Of a stretch of 64,000 bases of DNA, positions 10,248 through 19,589 are shown one piece after another. Each line of letters begins with the position of its first letter. Position 1 is the first letter of the stretch. Under the pieces are notes generated by a model that made no database searches, was not told the DNA's origin, and saw nothing but the letters and a program-made list of their open reading frames with translations. The stretch comes from Tetramitus jugosus (lineage: Eukaryota; Protista; Heterolobosea): NCBI GenBank assembly GCA_937625935.1, contig OW569346.1:558001-622000 (forward strand), written 5' to 3'. The position numbers were made by a program, and so were the translations under genes.

Positions 10248-12995
10248 TTAATGGTATTTATTGAACATAATGAAAGCAAATATCACCACAAACAACGAGG
10301 CAAGTGCGACATAGAATCGTGGTCCAAACAAGGGAGGTACCTTTGGGAATACATCAGGGTTGGTTTGTATCTCCACTCGATCTGGGAAGAAGCGTTGTCC
10401 ACTAATGGACATGGAAACCAAGCGTCTCGATGGAATGAGACCGCTGCCTCCTGGGAATTTGTCACTCAACTCGTGTAATCTAGTGACAATCGTAGCAGGT
10501 CCAATCTCGTCAGCATATCCGAGTGCACCACAGCCACGGAACGGTGGAAAGCCGAATCCGAGCACCATTGCCGTATCCAGCTGATCAGCACTCGTTACAA
10601 TTCCTTGATCCAAACAATCAGCTGCGCTATTCACAACAGTCAACACACAACAGTCCACTAAATCTTTGCCCTGCGATTCAGTGACTCGCTTTGTTTTTGA
10701 GTTGAATAAGCGAACTGCCAATGGGTTCACACCCACTTTGTTCCGCTTCTTGTCATACAAATAAAAGCCACTGCCGCTCTTCTTCCCGAGAGCCTTCTGT
10801 TGAACAAGTTGTTGCAATGCTGAGCATGGTTCGTGATTCATCTGCAGCTTGCGCAACACACCAGGGAAAAGCAAGAGGCACACATCGAGACCAGATTCAT
10901 CCATCACTTGGAAAGGACCCATTTGAAATCCATACTCTTCCAACAGTGCATCAATCATTTCAAAGCTCCATCCTTTCAACATTAAACTGATTGCTTGCGA
11001 GCAATAGAGTGCAAACAACCGTGAAAGAAGGAATCCAGGACCATCCGATACAACAATGGGAAGTTTTCCTAAGTTAAGTACAAACTGATGCACACGTGCA
11101 AATGATTCATCCGATGTGTTGTCCGTTTTAACAATCTCAACAGTCGAAACTCTGTGCACGGGAGCAAAGAACTGCAGTCCTAATACGTTTTGCTTTTGAT
11201 TGGATGCTGAGCTGATGGAGTCCACAGTGATAGAGCATGAATTTGTGGTAAAAATAGTGTTGGACTGCTTCGATTCGATTACCTTCAAGAATTGCTTGAT
11301 CGTATCACTTCCAGCCAGTGCTGCATCAATGATAATGTCACATTCAGCTAGCTGGTCCGATTCTGTTTCTTCATTGCTGCCTGACAAGGGTGTTATCTTG
11401 GCCATAAAACGATTCTTTTCGTGCTCTGTGATTCTTCCTCTGCTCACAAGAGTGTTGAATATAGAGACAATCCTAGCCATGGCATTTGTAGCTGAGCGAT
11501 TGTCTCGACCTTGGATGAGAACAGTGTAGTTGTGATAGGCACAGAGCTGGGCAATTTGGCATCCCATTGTACCAGTACCAATCACACCAACCTTCTTAAT
11601 CGGTTGCGAGACTTCTTGACCACCACCAAGTACTGGCTTCTTCAGACTTTCCATACTCTGAAACAGATGAATGAAATACTTCGCTTCTCTCGTGCAAACA
11701 ATCTGTCCAAATCGTTTGGCTTCAATTCGGGCTGCCTCACGCAGAGTAGGAGCCTCATATGCTCTCATGACAGCATCCAATGCCACATAGGGAGCAGGAT
11801 AGTGTTTCTTTGCCAACTTTGCAATCGTTTTTCTTGATTGGTTCTCGATTAGTCGTCTTCCGTACTGATTCCGCTCCATAATCAACTCCTTAAACGGAAT
11901 GGATCTTCGCCAATACTTGTCCACAAGTGCATTGTTCTTTCTTGTTTGTTGTGATGTGTTGTTGATTTGAGCTTTCACCAGATCAATTGCATACTGTACT
12001 ACCTTGTTCAGAAACAACTTTGGAATCGGTAACGACTCAACCACAGTATTATTATTTTGGTCATCGGCACCATTCTCCACTTCCAATGGCTGAGCAGCAT
12101 CTCGATCACTTCCCTCCTCGGAACTGTTCCCTCTCCTCGTTGTCTCCTCCTCCTCTACTGCATTCTCTTCATCATTCTCTCTCACTACTAATTCTACCAA
12201 ATGATCCACCAGACCCATCTTCTTTGCCTTTTGTGCACTGACACTCATACCTGTCAGTATCATTTGCAGTGCAGATGACAGACCAATGATTCGTGGTAAT
12301 CGTATCGTTCCACCCGTACCTGGTATAATGCCTAGCTTAATCTCCGGTAGTCCCATATTCGTTGATCGATCAGTGGAAGCCACACGATGAGAACAACTCA
12401 GTGCCAACTCTAGTCCACCACCGAGACAATTTCCATGAATGGCTGCAATGGTAGGAATAGGAATGGCTTCGAATCGAAACAGCAATTCATGTGCATCCAT
12501 GCTCAATCGTTGCGCTTCCAATGGATCCCTTATCGATTGAATCATGTTGACATCGGCACCTACAATGAAACCTTTGCGCAACGAACAAAACACAATGGCA
12601 TGAAATCCGTTCCATTCATGATCCTTGTGCACTGTTTTTGTTGTTGTTGTAGTTGTAGTTGTAGTCGTTGGTTGTTGCAGTTGACTTGAGACATCAACGA
12701 CGCGAAACAATGATTCGACTTGTTGCATGAGATCTCTGTCCAATGTGTTGACTGATTTGTTGTGCTTGTGAAACATGAGTATTCCAATGTGTATTTTGGC
12801 ATCATCATCATTGGAAGCATCAAGTGATGATGAGGTTGAGGTTGAGGTTGTGGTTGTGGTACTTCTGTTGTCGCCAGAGTAGGAACATTTGAGCAAGGAC
12901 AAGTCCCTCTCTGAATGAACCAATTGAATGTGATCATTCATCAACAATTGTTTTGCTTGTTGTTGGAGTACTTGTGGGGTGGTCATGTTCATCAT
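10248..12995 (-). CDS. Fatty-acid oxidation multifunctional enzyme alpha-type (enoyl-CoA hydratase + degenerate 3-hydroxyacyl-CoA dehydrogenase), C-terminal TM helix
   Basis: Hydratase motifs FIVGADV, CLGGGLELALSC, GLPEIKLGIIPGTGGT; Rossmann VGVIGTGTMG; GFQMGPF, LGKKSGSGFY, GFGFPPFRG as in FadJ/HADHA. Tail FYVALASLFVVIFAFIMFNKYH. Confidence 0.9.
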   Translation of the reverse strand: MMNMTTPQVLQQQAKQLLMNDHIQLVHSERDLSLLKCSYSGDNRSTTTTTSTSTSSSLDASNDDDAKIHIGILMFHKHNKSVNTLDRDLMQQVESLFRVVDVSSQLQQPTTTTTTTTTTKTVHKDHEWNGFHAIVFCSLRKGFIVGADVNMIQSIRDPLEAQRLSMDAHELLFRFEAIPIPTIAAIHGNCLGGGLELALSCSHRVASTDRSTNMGLPEIKLGIIPGTGGTIRLPRIIGLSSALQMILTGMSVSAQKAKKMGLVDHLVELVVRENDEENAVEEEETTRRGNSSEEGSDRDAAQPLEVENGADDQNNNTVVESLPIPKLFLNKVVQYAIDLVKAQINNTSQQTRKNNALVDKYWRRSIPFKELIMERNQYGRRLIENQSRKTIAKLAKKHYPAPYVALDAVMRAYEAPTLREAARIEAKRFGQIVCTREAKYFIHLFQSMESLKKPVLGGGQEVSQPIKKVGVIGTGTMGCQIAQLCAYHNYTVLIQGRDNRSATNAMARIVSIFNTLVSRGRITEHEKNRFMAKITPLSGSNEETESDQLAECDIIIDAALAGSDTIKQFLKVIESKQSNTIFTTNSCSITVDSISSASNQKQNVLGLQFFAPVHRVSTVEIVKTDNTSDESFARVHQFVLNLGKLPIVVSDGPGFLLSRLFALYCSQAISLMLKGWSFEMIDALLEEYGFQMGPFQVMDESGLDVCLLLFPGVLRKLQMNHEPCSALQQLVQQKALGKKSGSGFYLYDKKRNKVGVNPLAVRLFNSKTKRVTESQGKDLVDCCVLTVVNSAADCLDQGIVTSADQLDTAMVLGFGFPPFRGCGALGYADEIGPATIVTRLHELSDKFPGGSGLIPSRRLVSMSISGQRFFPDRVEIQTNPDVFPKVPPLFGPRFYVALASLFVVIFAFIMFNKYH

Positions 12996-13214
12996 CCTTT
13001 TGTTGCGGACCGATCAACAAGGCTCTCTTGTATTGCTGTTCTAAAGTTCGATTTGTTTTTTGATGGGACAGAAGCTCAAAAGGTGTTTCATGTTATTTTT
13101 GGAAAGTGTGCCCAGTCAGATCTGGATAGAACCATCGAGAGCTGATTGTTGACCACGTGGATAAGGATGTGACGCTCAAAGATAAGGGATCTCATGAGCA
13201 AACCGTTACATAAT

Positions 13215-15425
13215 TTACATAATTTTATTGGATGGTGTTGATGCGTCGGTGGACTTGAGAACATGAATCAAATGGTCAGATTTGGTTCTGTACGAAGATA
13301 TGAAGGTATCCAGGGTGCATTGATTGTCAATGTTCATGCCTGTCTGAACCTGATTGATGATAGCTTGTTTACAGTACCAAGATGAGAGATACTCTCGAGT
13401 CAACACTTGATTTTCATGGTGATCTACCACTTCCAGGGATACTACATTGGGAATGGCATAAATCTCGTCCAACACATCATAGTGTGCATCGAACAATCGG
13501 ATGTGCATTTTACAGTTGGCCACTTTCATCGATGTCAAGACGTCATATGCATCAATGGTGTCCTCAAATTTATAATCGAAAAATACATGGACAGAATCTG
13601 GTAATAGTGCCAAGAATAATTGCAAGTGCGTCACTCTAAACTCCTTGAAGTAGACATTCCTGACGAGGCACTTATTCTTGGTCATTATTTGCACAGTTTT
13701 TACTAGTGATTGGGACGAGCTGTCATCCAATTGATATAAAGTAATGGTATCAAGTGGAAACATGCACATGAATTGGGCAGCTGCTTCGATCGGCGAGTTC
13801 CACTTGTCTTCATTTGACATATCTGGTTTGATTCTCATCTCTCTCAGGGCACCATTACGAAAACGATTCTCATACTTACCGTTCAATTGAGTAACATCAA
13901 GCACCTGAGATGTCTGGGAATCGACCAAACTGATTGAAGTTGTCAATTTGTGAACGTTGTGCTCGTTGCACAAACGACACAAATCCATTAAAAACTTCTT
14001 CTGCAGTAACTTGTTTTCTAAGATTGAATGATAAATCACGTGCTTCACTGTCAGACGTCTGTCATTTCTATGAGAGTGGAAAGTAGACACTGCTGTCGAT
14101 GGCCCATCAATAGATGTGTCAATTGGTCGATGGGACAACGAACGTGCCCTCTCCACACTCTGTAAGATAAGTGGTACCTGATCAATCATGTCATCCTTTA
14201 CATCAATCGATACGCTGGTATGACACATTGGCGGCCAATATTTATGTTGTGGTAGCTCTTGCAACCATACGTAGAGTGATACGTTTGATGGCAACAAGGC
14301 ATCAATCATACCACACTCTGAAAACCACTCCAACAATCGTTGACTCTTCAAAAAGAGATGAAGTTGCAATTGTTGTTTCACGGACGATAACATGCCTGAC
14401 AATTTGCGATCAAACAGAACTTCCTGTACTTCGGATGTTGAAGGCATTTGGAACCCTTCTTGAAACTCTGAAAAGATAATCTTCAGTCTCAAGTTAGGCA
14501 CCTGTGTCAAAATCATTAAACAAGTGTTCAATTCGAAAATATTGACTGGATACACGGTGAACTGAAATCGAATGGAGTTTGAAACGCTTCTTGAAACTTC
14601 ATTGTTCACACTTGACGTTGCCAAGTTGTTACTGCCTGTTGTTGAACCAGCCGTAAGGAGATGCGGAAGTGTTTCATTGAGGGCATGGACGGAACATGCT
14701 GCCAAGATGGAACGAACACCATGAATCTGAGAACAACTAAAATACATGATCATCTCTCTCGGTCTCTCAAAGTAATGACCTTCGTGATGATAGAGAATAT
14801 TGAGATCGAGAGTCGTGTACAACAACCACTCACTCGAAACGAACTCTTGTGACTGTTCATTGACTGCTGCATTCTCCTCTTGCTCTTCTTCCATCTTGCT
14901 AGAGCTTGTGGTTGTTGTACCCGAGTTAAACTTTCCATAGCATGACATATCTTGGAGCATGTATAGCTCTAGGACATGATAAGACAAGATGTGCAACACA
15001 ACATCTCTGTTCAATTGATCCCAAGTGAGTTCTACTTGCTGTTGCTGTTTTTGTTCTTGTCGAATTCGTTGAACAAATGGACTGTCATTGTTCGAACTTG
15101 TTGTTGTTGTTGTTGTAATCATTGTACTGGTTGACTCCTGGACAAGATGAATTTTTTTGCGTTCTCTTTCATCATCATTTCCTTCATAAGGTTCGGTGTT
15201 ATTGTCTTTTGTGATTTGTTGAGTAGTGTCGATGACATGTGAGCTCACAACGAGTGGTGCCTCAACTGGATCTGAAAGTGACAAACCAAAGTTCTTTGAT
15301 TCATCACTCTGCTGTTGTTGTTGTTGTTGTTGAATGGCAAATTGGTGGAAAGATCTCTTCTTTCTCGTGCTGTTGTTGTTGGTTGAGGAATAACCTCCAC
15401 TTCTGACATGTGATCCCAGTACCAT
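13215..15425 (-). CDS. Hypothetical protein with F-box-like motif
   Basis: 736-aa ORF after a CAA-rich leader; WDQLNRDVVLHILSY resembles an F-box; low-complexity N-terminus. Confidence 0.6.
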   Translation of the reverse strand: MVLGSHVRSGGYSSTNNNSTRKKRSFHQFAIQQQQQQQQSDESKNFGLSLSDPVEAPLVVSSHVIDTTQQITKDNNTEPYEGNDDERERKKIHLVQESTSTMITTTTTTSSNNDSPFVQRIRQEQKQQQQVELTWDQLNRDVVLHILSYHVLELYMLQDMSCYGKFNSGTTTTSSSKMEEEQEENAAVNEQSQEFVSSEWLLYTTLDLNILYHHEGHYFERPREMIMYFSCSQIHGVRSILAACSVHALNETLPHLLTAGSTTGSNNLATSSVNNEVSRSVSNSIRFQFTVYPVNIFELNTCLMILTQVPNLRLKIIFSEFQEGFQMPSTSEVQEVLFDRKLSGMLSSVKQQLQLHLFLKSQRLLEWFSECGMIDALLPSNVSLYVWLQELPQHKYWPPMCHTSVSIDVKDDMIDQVPLILQSVERARSLSHRPIDTSIDGPSTAVSTFHSHRNDRRLTVKHVIYHSILENKLLQKKFLMDLCRLCNEHNVHKLTTSISLVDSQTSQVLDVTQLNGKYENRFRNGALREMRIKPDMSNEDKWNSPIEAAAQFMCMFPLDTITLYQLDDSSSQSLVKTVQIMTKNKCLVRNVYFKEFRVTHLQLFLALLPDSVHVFFDYKFEDTIDAYDVLTSMKVANCKMHIRLFDAHYDVLDEIYAIPNVVSLEVVDHHENQVLTREYLSSWYCKQAIINQVQTGMNIDNQCTLDTFISSYRTKSDHLIHVLKSTDASTPSNKIM

Positions 15426-15600
15426 TGTTGTTGTGGTAGTCGTAGTCGTGTTTGTGTGTTCAATTTTCTATTCCGTGTGTTGTTGAAGACTGTTGTTGGT
15501 TGATGTCAACCCACTTTTTTAGCCGAAATCTATTATTAGTGCCTGTCGGTTAACTCGAGAACTACGAAACGTCTGTTTATTGGAACACTGTTATGTACTG

Positions 15601-16914
15601 TTAACACTCGTTGAATAGAAGGTAGAACTCATCGAATGTGATTTTACCGTCATTATCATCATCGACTGTGGCGAGCAGACTTCGAACTTCATGATCAGAA
15701 AGAGCTGATGCTATTCCAAGCTTCTCGGTGATGTTTTTCACTTCCTGTAGCCCAATACTACCTGTATTATGTACATCGAACATTTGAAACACTTCGTACA
15801 TCTCCCGCTTCTTTTCTGGTGTTGAGTCACATGTTCTTTCCTTTTCGTCCTCATTACTAATCCCAAAATCTTGCGGTACGACATCTTCTTGAACTGGAGG
15901 CTGTGGTACTGCTTTCCTGAATAACCGTGATAGAAAACTTCCTTTTCGTTCTCTTGTCATTGGCTCTTTAGGTTGAGAAGTTGTGCCGGTCGAAGATCCA
16001 TTACTCCTGGATAGAATATCGGGTAAAATTGGAATTTGATGACCGGACTCAATTGATAGATTCTTATGTCGTATCAATGGAGGCAACAATGATCTTCTTG
16101 GACTGCCAACAGGTTGAGATGTGATTAGCTCATTCTCTTGCGGTGAGTCCTTTGCGCCATGGTTCAAGAAACGAATGAAATCGGGAAGGGTGATATAATT
16201 GGAATTGTCTTGACCCAGCTCTCTCACCATTTGCCTCAGAGAATACTCTGTAATATTGTATTCAAATCGTTTTAGTATAGTATACAAGTCGCCTAGAGCG
16301 ATCATTCCATCGCCGTCCGTATCAAAGATATCAAAAATCTGCTCCATAACACTTAAATCATCCCTTGATAGCACCATTCCTTGTATTTTTACCATATCCC
16401 TGGATATAGTGACAGATTGAGGACTTACTTGGCTGTTTTTCCTACTCCTTGTTGTAATTGGAGAAGGAATATCGTTGAGGCTTCCCGAAAAACTATTATT
16501 CAAAGAACGAGATGACGAAGATCCAGGAGAAGAGGAATAGTTGCCGTAGAGAGACCCTAAAATGGGAGATGAAGCGAGTGGAGAGGAAGAGAGTGATGAT
16601 GGCAAGAAATGGTCTTGTAAGCTATGAACAGGACTATGTCGGCGACTAGAGGAGACAGAAGTCGGTGATGAAGATGAGGGAAAACTGCCAAGTGAAACTG
16701 GAGAGGAGGATAGTGAGTGATAAGTGGTCGAACTGGTGTCCAAGGTGCAATCATCGCTGCTTGATTCAATATTGTTGCTTATGGTCTTATGGTCGTTGTT
16801 AAATGAAGAATTTGAGTCGTCTTTGTCATTGGCACCACTGCTACCAGAGAGTGACTGTTGATTTGAAGTGTACTGACTTCTTCGGTGTATGCTTATGGCT
16901 CGCCTACTCCTCAT
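15601..16914 (-). CDS. EF-hand calcium-binding protein with Ser-rich N-terminus
   Basis: EF loops DTDGDGMIALGD, DVHNTGSIGLQE and DDDNDGKITFDE. First in-frame ATG at 16914; start uncertain. Confidence 0.8.
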   Translation of the reverse strand: MRSRRAISIHRRSQYTSNQQSLSGSSGANDKDDSNSSFNNDHKTISNNIESSSDDCTLDTSSTTYHSLSSSPVSLGSFPSSSSPTSVSSSRRHSPVHSLQDHFLPSSLSSSPLASSPILGSLYGNYSSSPGSSSSRSLNNSFSGSLNDIPSPITTRSRKNSQVSPQSVTISRDMVKIQGMVLSRDDLSVMEQIFDIFDTDGDGMIALGDLYTILKRFEYNITEYSLRQMVRELGQDNSNYITLPDFIRFLNHGAKDSPQENELITSQPVGSPRRSLLPPLIRHKNLSIESGHQIPILPDILSRSNGSSTGTTSQPKEPMTRERKGSFLSRLFRKAVPQPPVQEDVVPQDFGISNEDEKERTCDSTPEKKREMYEVFQMFDVHNTGSIGLQEVKNITEKLGIASALSDHEVRSLLATVDDDNDGKITFDEFYLLFNEC

Positions 16915-17525
16915 ACTTACTTTTCTTTGTACCACTCTCACGAGCAATACGAGAACATCTCAATCAGGATGACTCGTTCATCTCAAAACACCGCCCTGAC
17001 TACAGGATCCCAATGTCGGCAGATCAAGAAAGTCCAAAGAGCTATCCAAGTCAGGGTTCGTTTCCAATTGATGATGATAGGACAGTCTCGCAAAAGAGCG
17101 CTAATGTCGGAAGTTGAAACACGTATGGACTTTTTCCTCCATGCTGCTGTATCGCAACGGTAAATTTGTACGAGTCAACACGCTGGGCTCAGCACTACCT
17201 CTCGCTTCAGATGTCACAAATAGCCCTTCATTGCGTCTCGACTTTGTTGGGCAAATGTTTGCTTGTTTTCCCGGAACAAAAGTCAGCGTGAGTACAATGA
17301 ACTGACTTATGTTAGAAGTCTACTTCAAAGAGTAAACATATCCTGATCATTATTCTGATTCAACCTCATACTTTTTATTGAATGATTGACCCTTACAATC
17401 TGCGCTGACTTGCTCAGAAATTCGCAATTACATGAGCTTGCTTCGGGGCCCACCCAGAGCAAAGATCTTTTGGAATAAAGGATAGCCAGTTGGTTGGAAA
17501 CTCATATACCATCACCTCTCGGATC

Positions 17526-19319
17526 TTAACTAAAAGGGAGGGTGGAACTGAGCAACCGTGCAAAGAATGGTTCACTTTGCTGTTTTGTTGTATCATCCAG
17601 CTGAGTAAGCAACTTGGTACCAATCAGAGCATACAGCAGACTCTTCACCTTTTCCTCACTGCTCACAACTTGTAAGCCATGCGAGATTACATAGTTGCGA
17701 AACAGTGTTTCAATCTCTGTAAACTTTGATTGTAGTTTCATTTGGTTGTGCTTGAGAATGGAATAGTACACCATTTTCTGGAATTGTGCTTCACTAGTCA
17801 TATTCAGACCCACGAGCTGTTCTTGGATCTGAGCTGAGAGAGCTTGTGAGTACTCTGGCACTGGTGTTACAATTGCATTCTCTGTCTCAAAGTTTCGAAT
17901 GCTCAGATTGAATTGTGCCTTCATGTGGAGGAACTCTCGATTCATGATGTCTAGTACTGTGTACATGTTGACCAGTATGTTCTTCAGTCGTGCCTGACTC
18001 ACTTTTAGACAGGACTGATACAGTGTTGAGTTGTTTTGTGCTGCACTGCTCACTTCTCGATCAAAGATGGATTTGTTGCAACTGATTTGGAGCACCTCCG
18101 AGTCAGACTCACAATCAATGGTCGAAGAAAACTTGAAACAATCGACAAAGGATGCAATATTGAACGGTATAGGCAATCGACAGAGTGGACAACTGCTATT
18201 GTTGTTAATCCAGTCATTGAGACAGCTAGCATGAAATACGTGACCACACTGTAGCACCACAAGATTACTGACACCCGAGCAGTATCGATCCAAGTCCATA
18301 TCCATACTCTCCTGACAAATGGTACAGTCAGATGAGTGTTCATCTTGTTGTTCAGTGAGCTTTTGTTTGACAGTGTCCATGTGCTTGGCAGAGGCCTTGA
18401 GTTGATACACGTGATGAATCGTTTCATCGTCTTCAATCAACTGTCCTTCTCTCTGTGTATTGATGCCTTGAGAGTTGGTTGATGAAGAAGATGAAGAAGA
18501 TGAGCCATTAGGCTTCATTATGTCCACAAACGTATCATCTTCAATCAGAGTGGCCTCGGACTGAGTGCTCGCTGTTCCATCGCGCCCCGTGTTGTTTATC
18601 GAATTTGCTCCAAGTATTCGCATGGGATCCCACCTCCGCAGGAAATCAAAATAACCATTAATGAGTGATCCGCCTCTGTGTTCAAATGGGTTATTGTTGA
18701 AATCAGGACGTTGTGCATAGCTTAGAGGAGAGGAGATGCGAGATGCGTAGGATCGATTGGGTCTTCTGCTGCTTCTCGTTCGTCTAGTACTAGTTGCACG
18801 ATTAGTATCACCATCATCAACATCATTATCATGATTGGTATCTACATAGTCCGTATCTTCTTCATCGTCCAACCAATTGTTGTTGGATGTTGTTGCAGCA
18901 TCAGTATCGTGTTCATCACGCCTCCTTCGACCCAGCACAGATGTTGTAGCAGACGAAAGCCTTCGCAGAGATGATTGCATTGTGCGTCTATTGGAATTTC
19001 GACGACTCGAGTAATCATCGGTTGATGATGATGTTGCTGCTGCCCCTGTTGTTGTTGACGACATTCTGGGTACTCTTCTCCTTAGATGATAGTGTGGTAG
19101 TGCTACATTTGATGATGAAGATGGTGCTGTTGTTGTTGTTGTTGTTTCATCTTGTGTCGTTGCTGTTGCAGGTTCTTCTGATGATTGTCGTCGATGAGAT
19201 GACGTTGCTCGATTTTGTCGTCGTGATGTTGCTCGTCTCAACGTGTCAATGTAGTCAGTGTCTTCTTCTTCTGCTTCAGAAGCAGCATTCCTTCTGGTTC
19301 TGGGTCGATTGTTTTTCAT
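17526..19319 (-). CDS. RING-H2 finger protein (putative E3 ligase); may extend to 17414
   Basis: CTIC..CGHVFHASC..W..CPLC (C3H2C3 pattern); disordered Arg/Ser/Thr-rich N-terminus. Confidence 0.85.
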   Translation of the reverse strand: MKNNRPRTRRNAASEAEEEDTDYIDTLRRATSRRQNRATSSHRRQSSEEPATATTQDETTTTTTAPSSSSNVALPHYHLRRRVPRMSSTTTGAAATSSSTDDYSSRRNSNRRTMQSSLRRLSSATTSVLGRRRRDEHDTDAATTSNNNWLDDEEDTDYVDTNHDNDVDDGDTNRATSTRRTRSSRRPNRSYASRISSPLSYAQRPDFNNNPFEHRGGSLINGYFDFLRRWDPMRILGANSINNTGRDGTASTQSEATLIEDDTFVDIMKPNGSSSSSSSSTNSQGINTQREGQLIEDDETIHHVYQLKASAKHMDTVKQKLTEQQDEHSSDCTICQESMDMDLDRYCSGVSNLVVLQCGHVFHASCLNDWINNNSSCPLCRLPIPFNIASFVDCFKFSSTIDCESDSEVLQISCNKSIFDREVSSAAQNNSTLYQSCLKVSQARLKNILVNMYTVLDIMNREFLHMKAQFNLSIRNFETENAIVTPVPEYSQALSAQIQEQLVGLNMTSEAQFQKMVYYSILKHNQMKLQSKFTEIETLFRNYVISHGLQVVSSEEKVKSLLYALIGTKLLTQLDDTTKQQSEPFFARLLSSTLPFS

Positions 19320-19589
19320 CTGTTTTTTTTTGTTGTTGGTGGTGGTGATTGGTTTGATTCAACTTTTCGAGTTGTATCTGTCAATCGGAGGTCCTTTTGG
19401 GGGAATGTTTTTTTTTCTGCCGGAGTCTTCGCGATGAACATGAAGGAGATCATCTGATTGTTCAATTAATTTGAGGAATGTTCAAACAAGTGCAAAAAAA
19501 AGGGTTATTTTCATAAACACAACAACTCTCCTCTTGCTGGTTTTTTTGCATTGTTTCAAATCATCCATCATCTGTCTGATCTCGACATA

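Noticed and set aside
17526-17540. -1 slippery heptamer C CCT TTT at the end of the RING gene
   Set aside because: The -1 frame hits TAG immediately.
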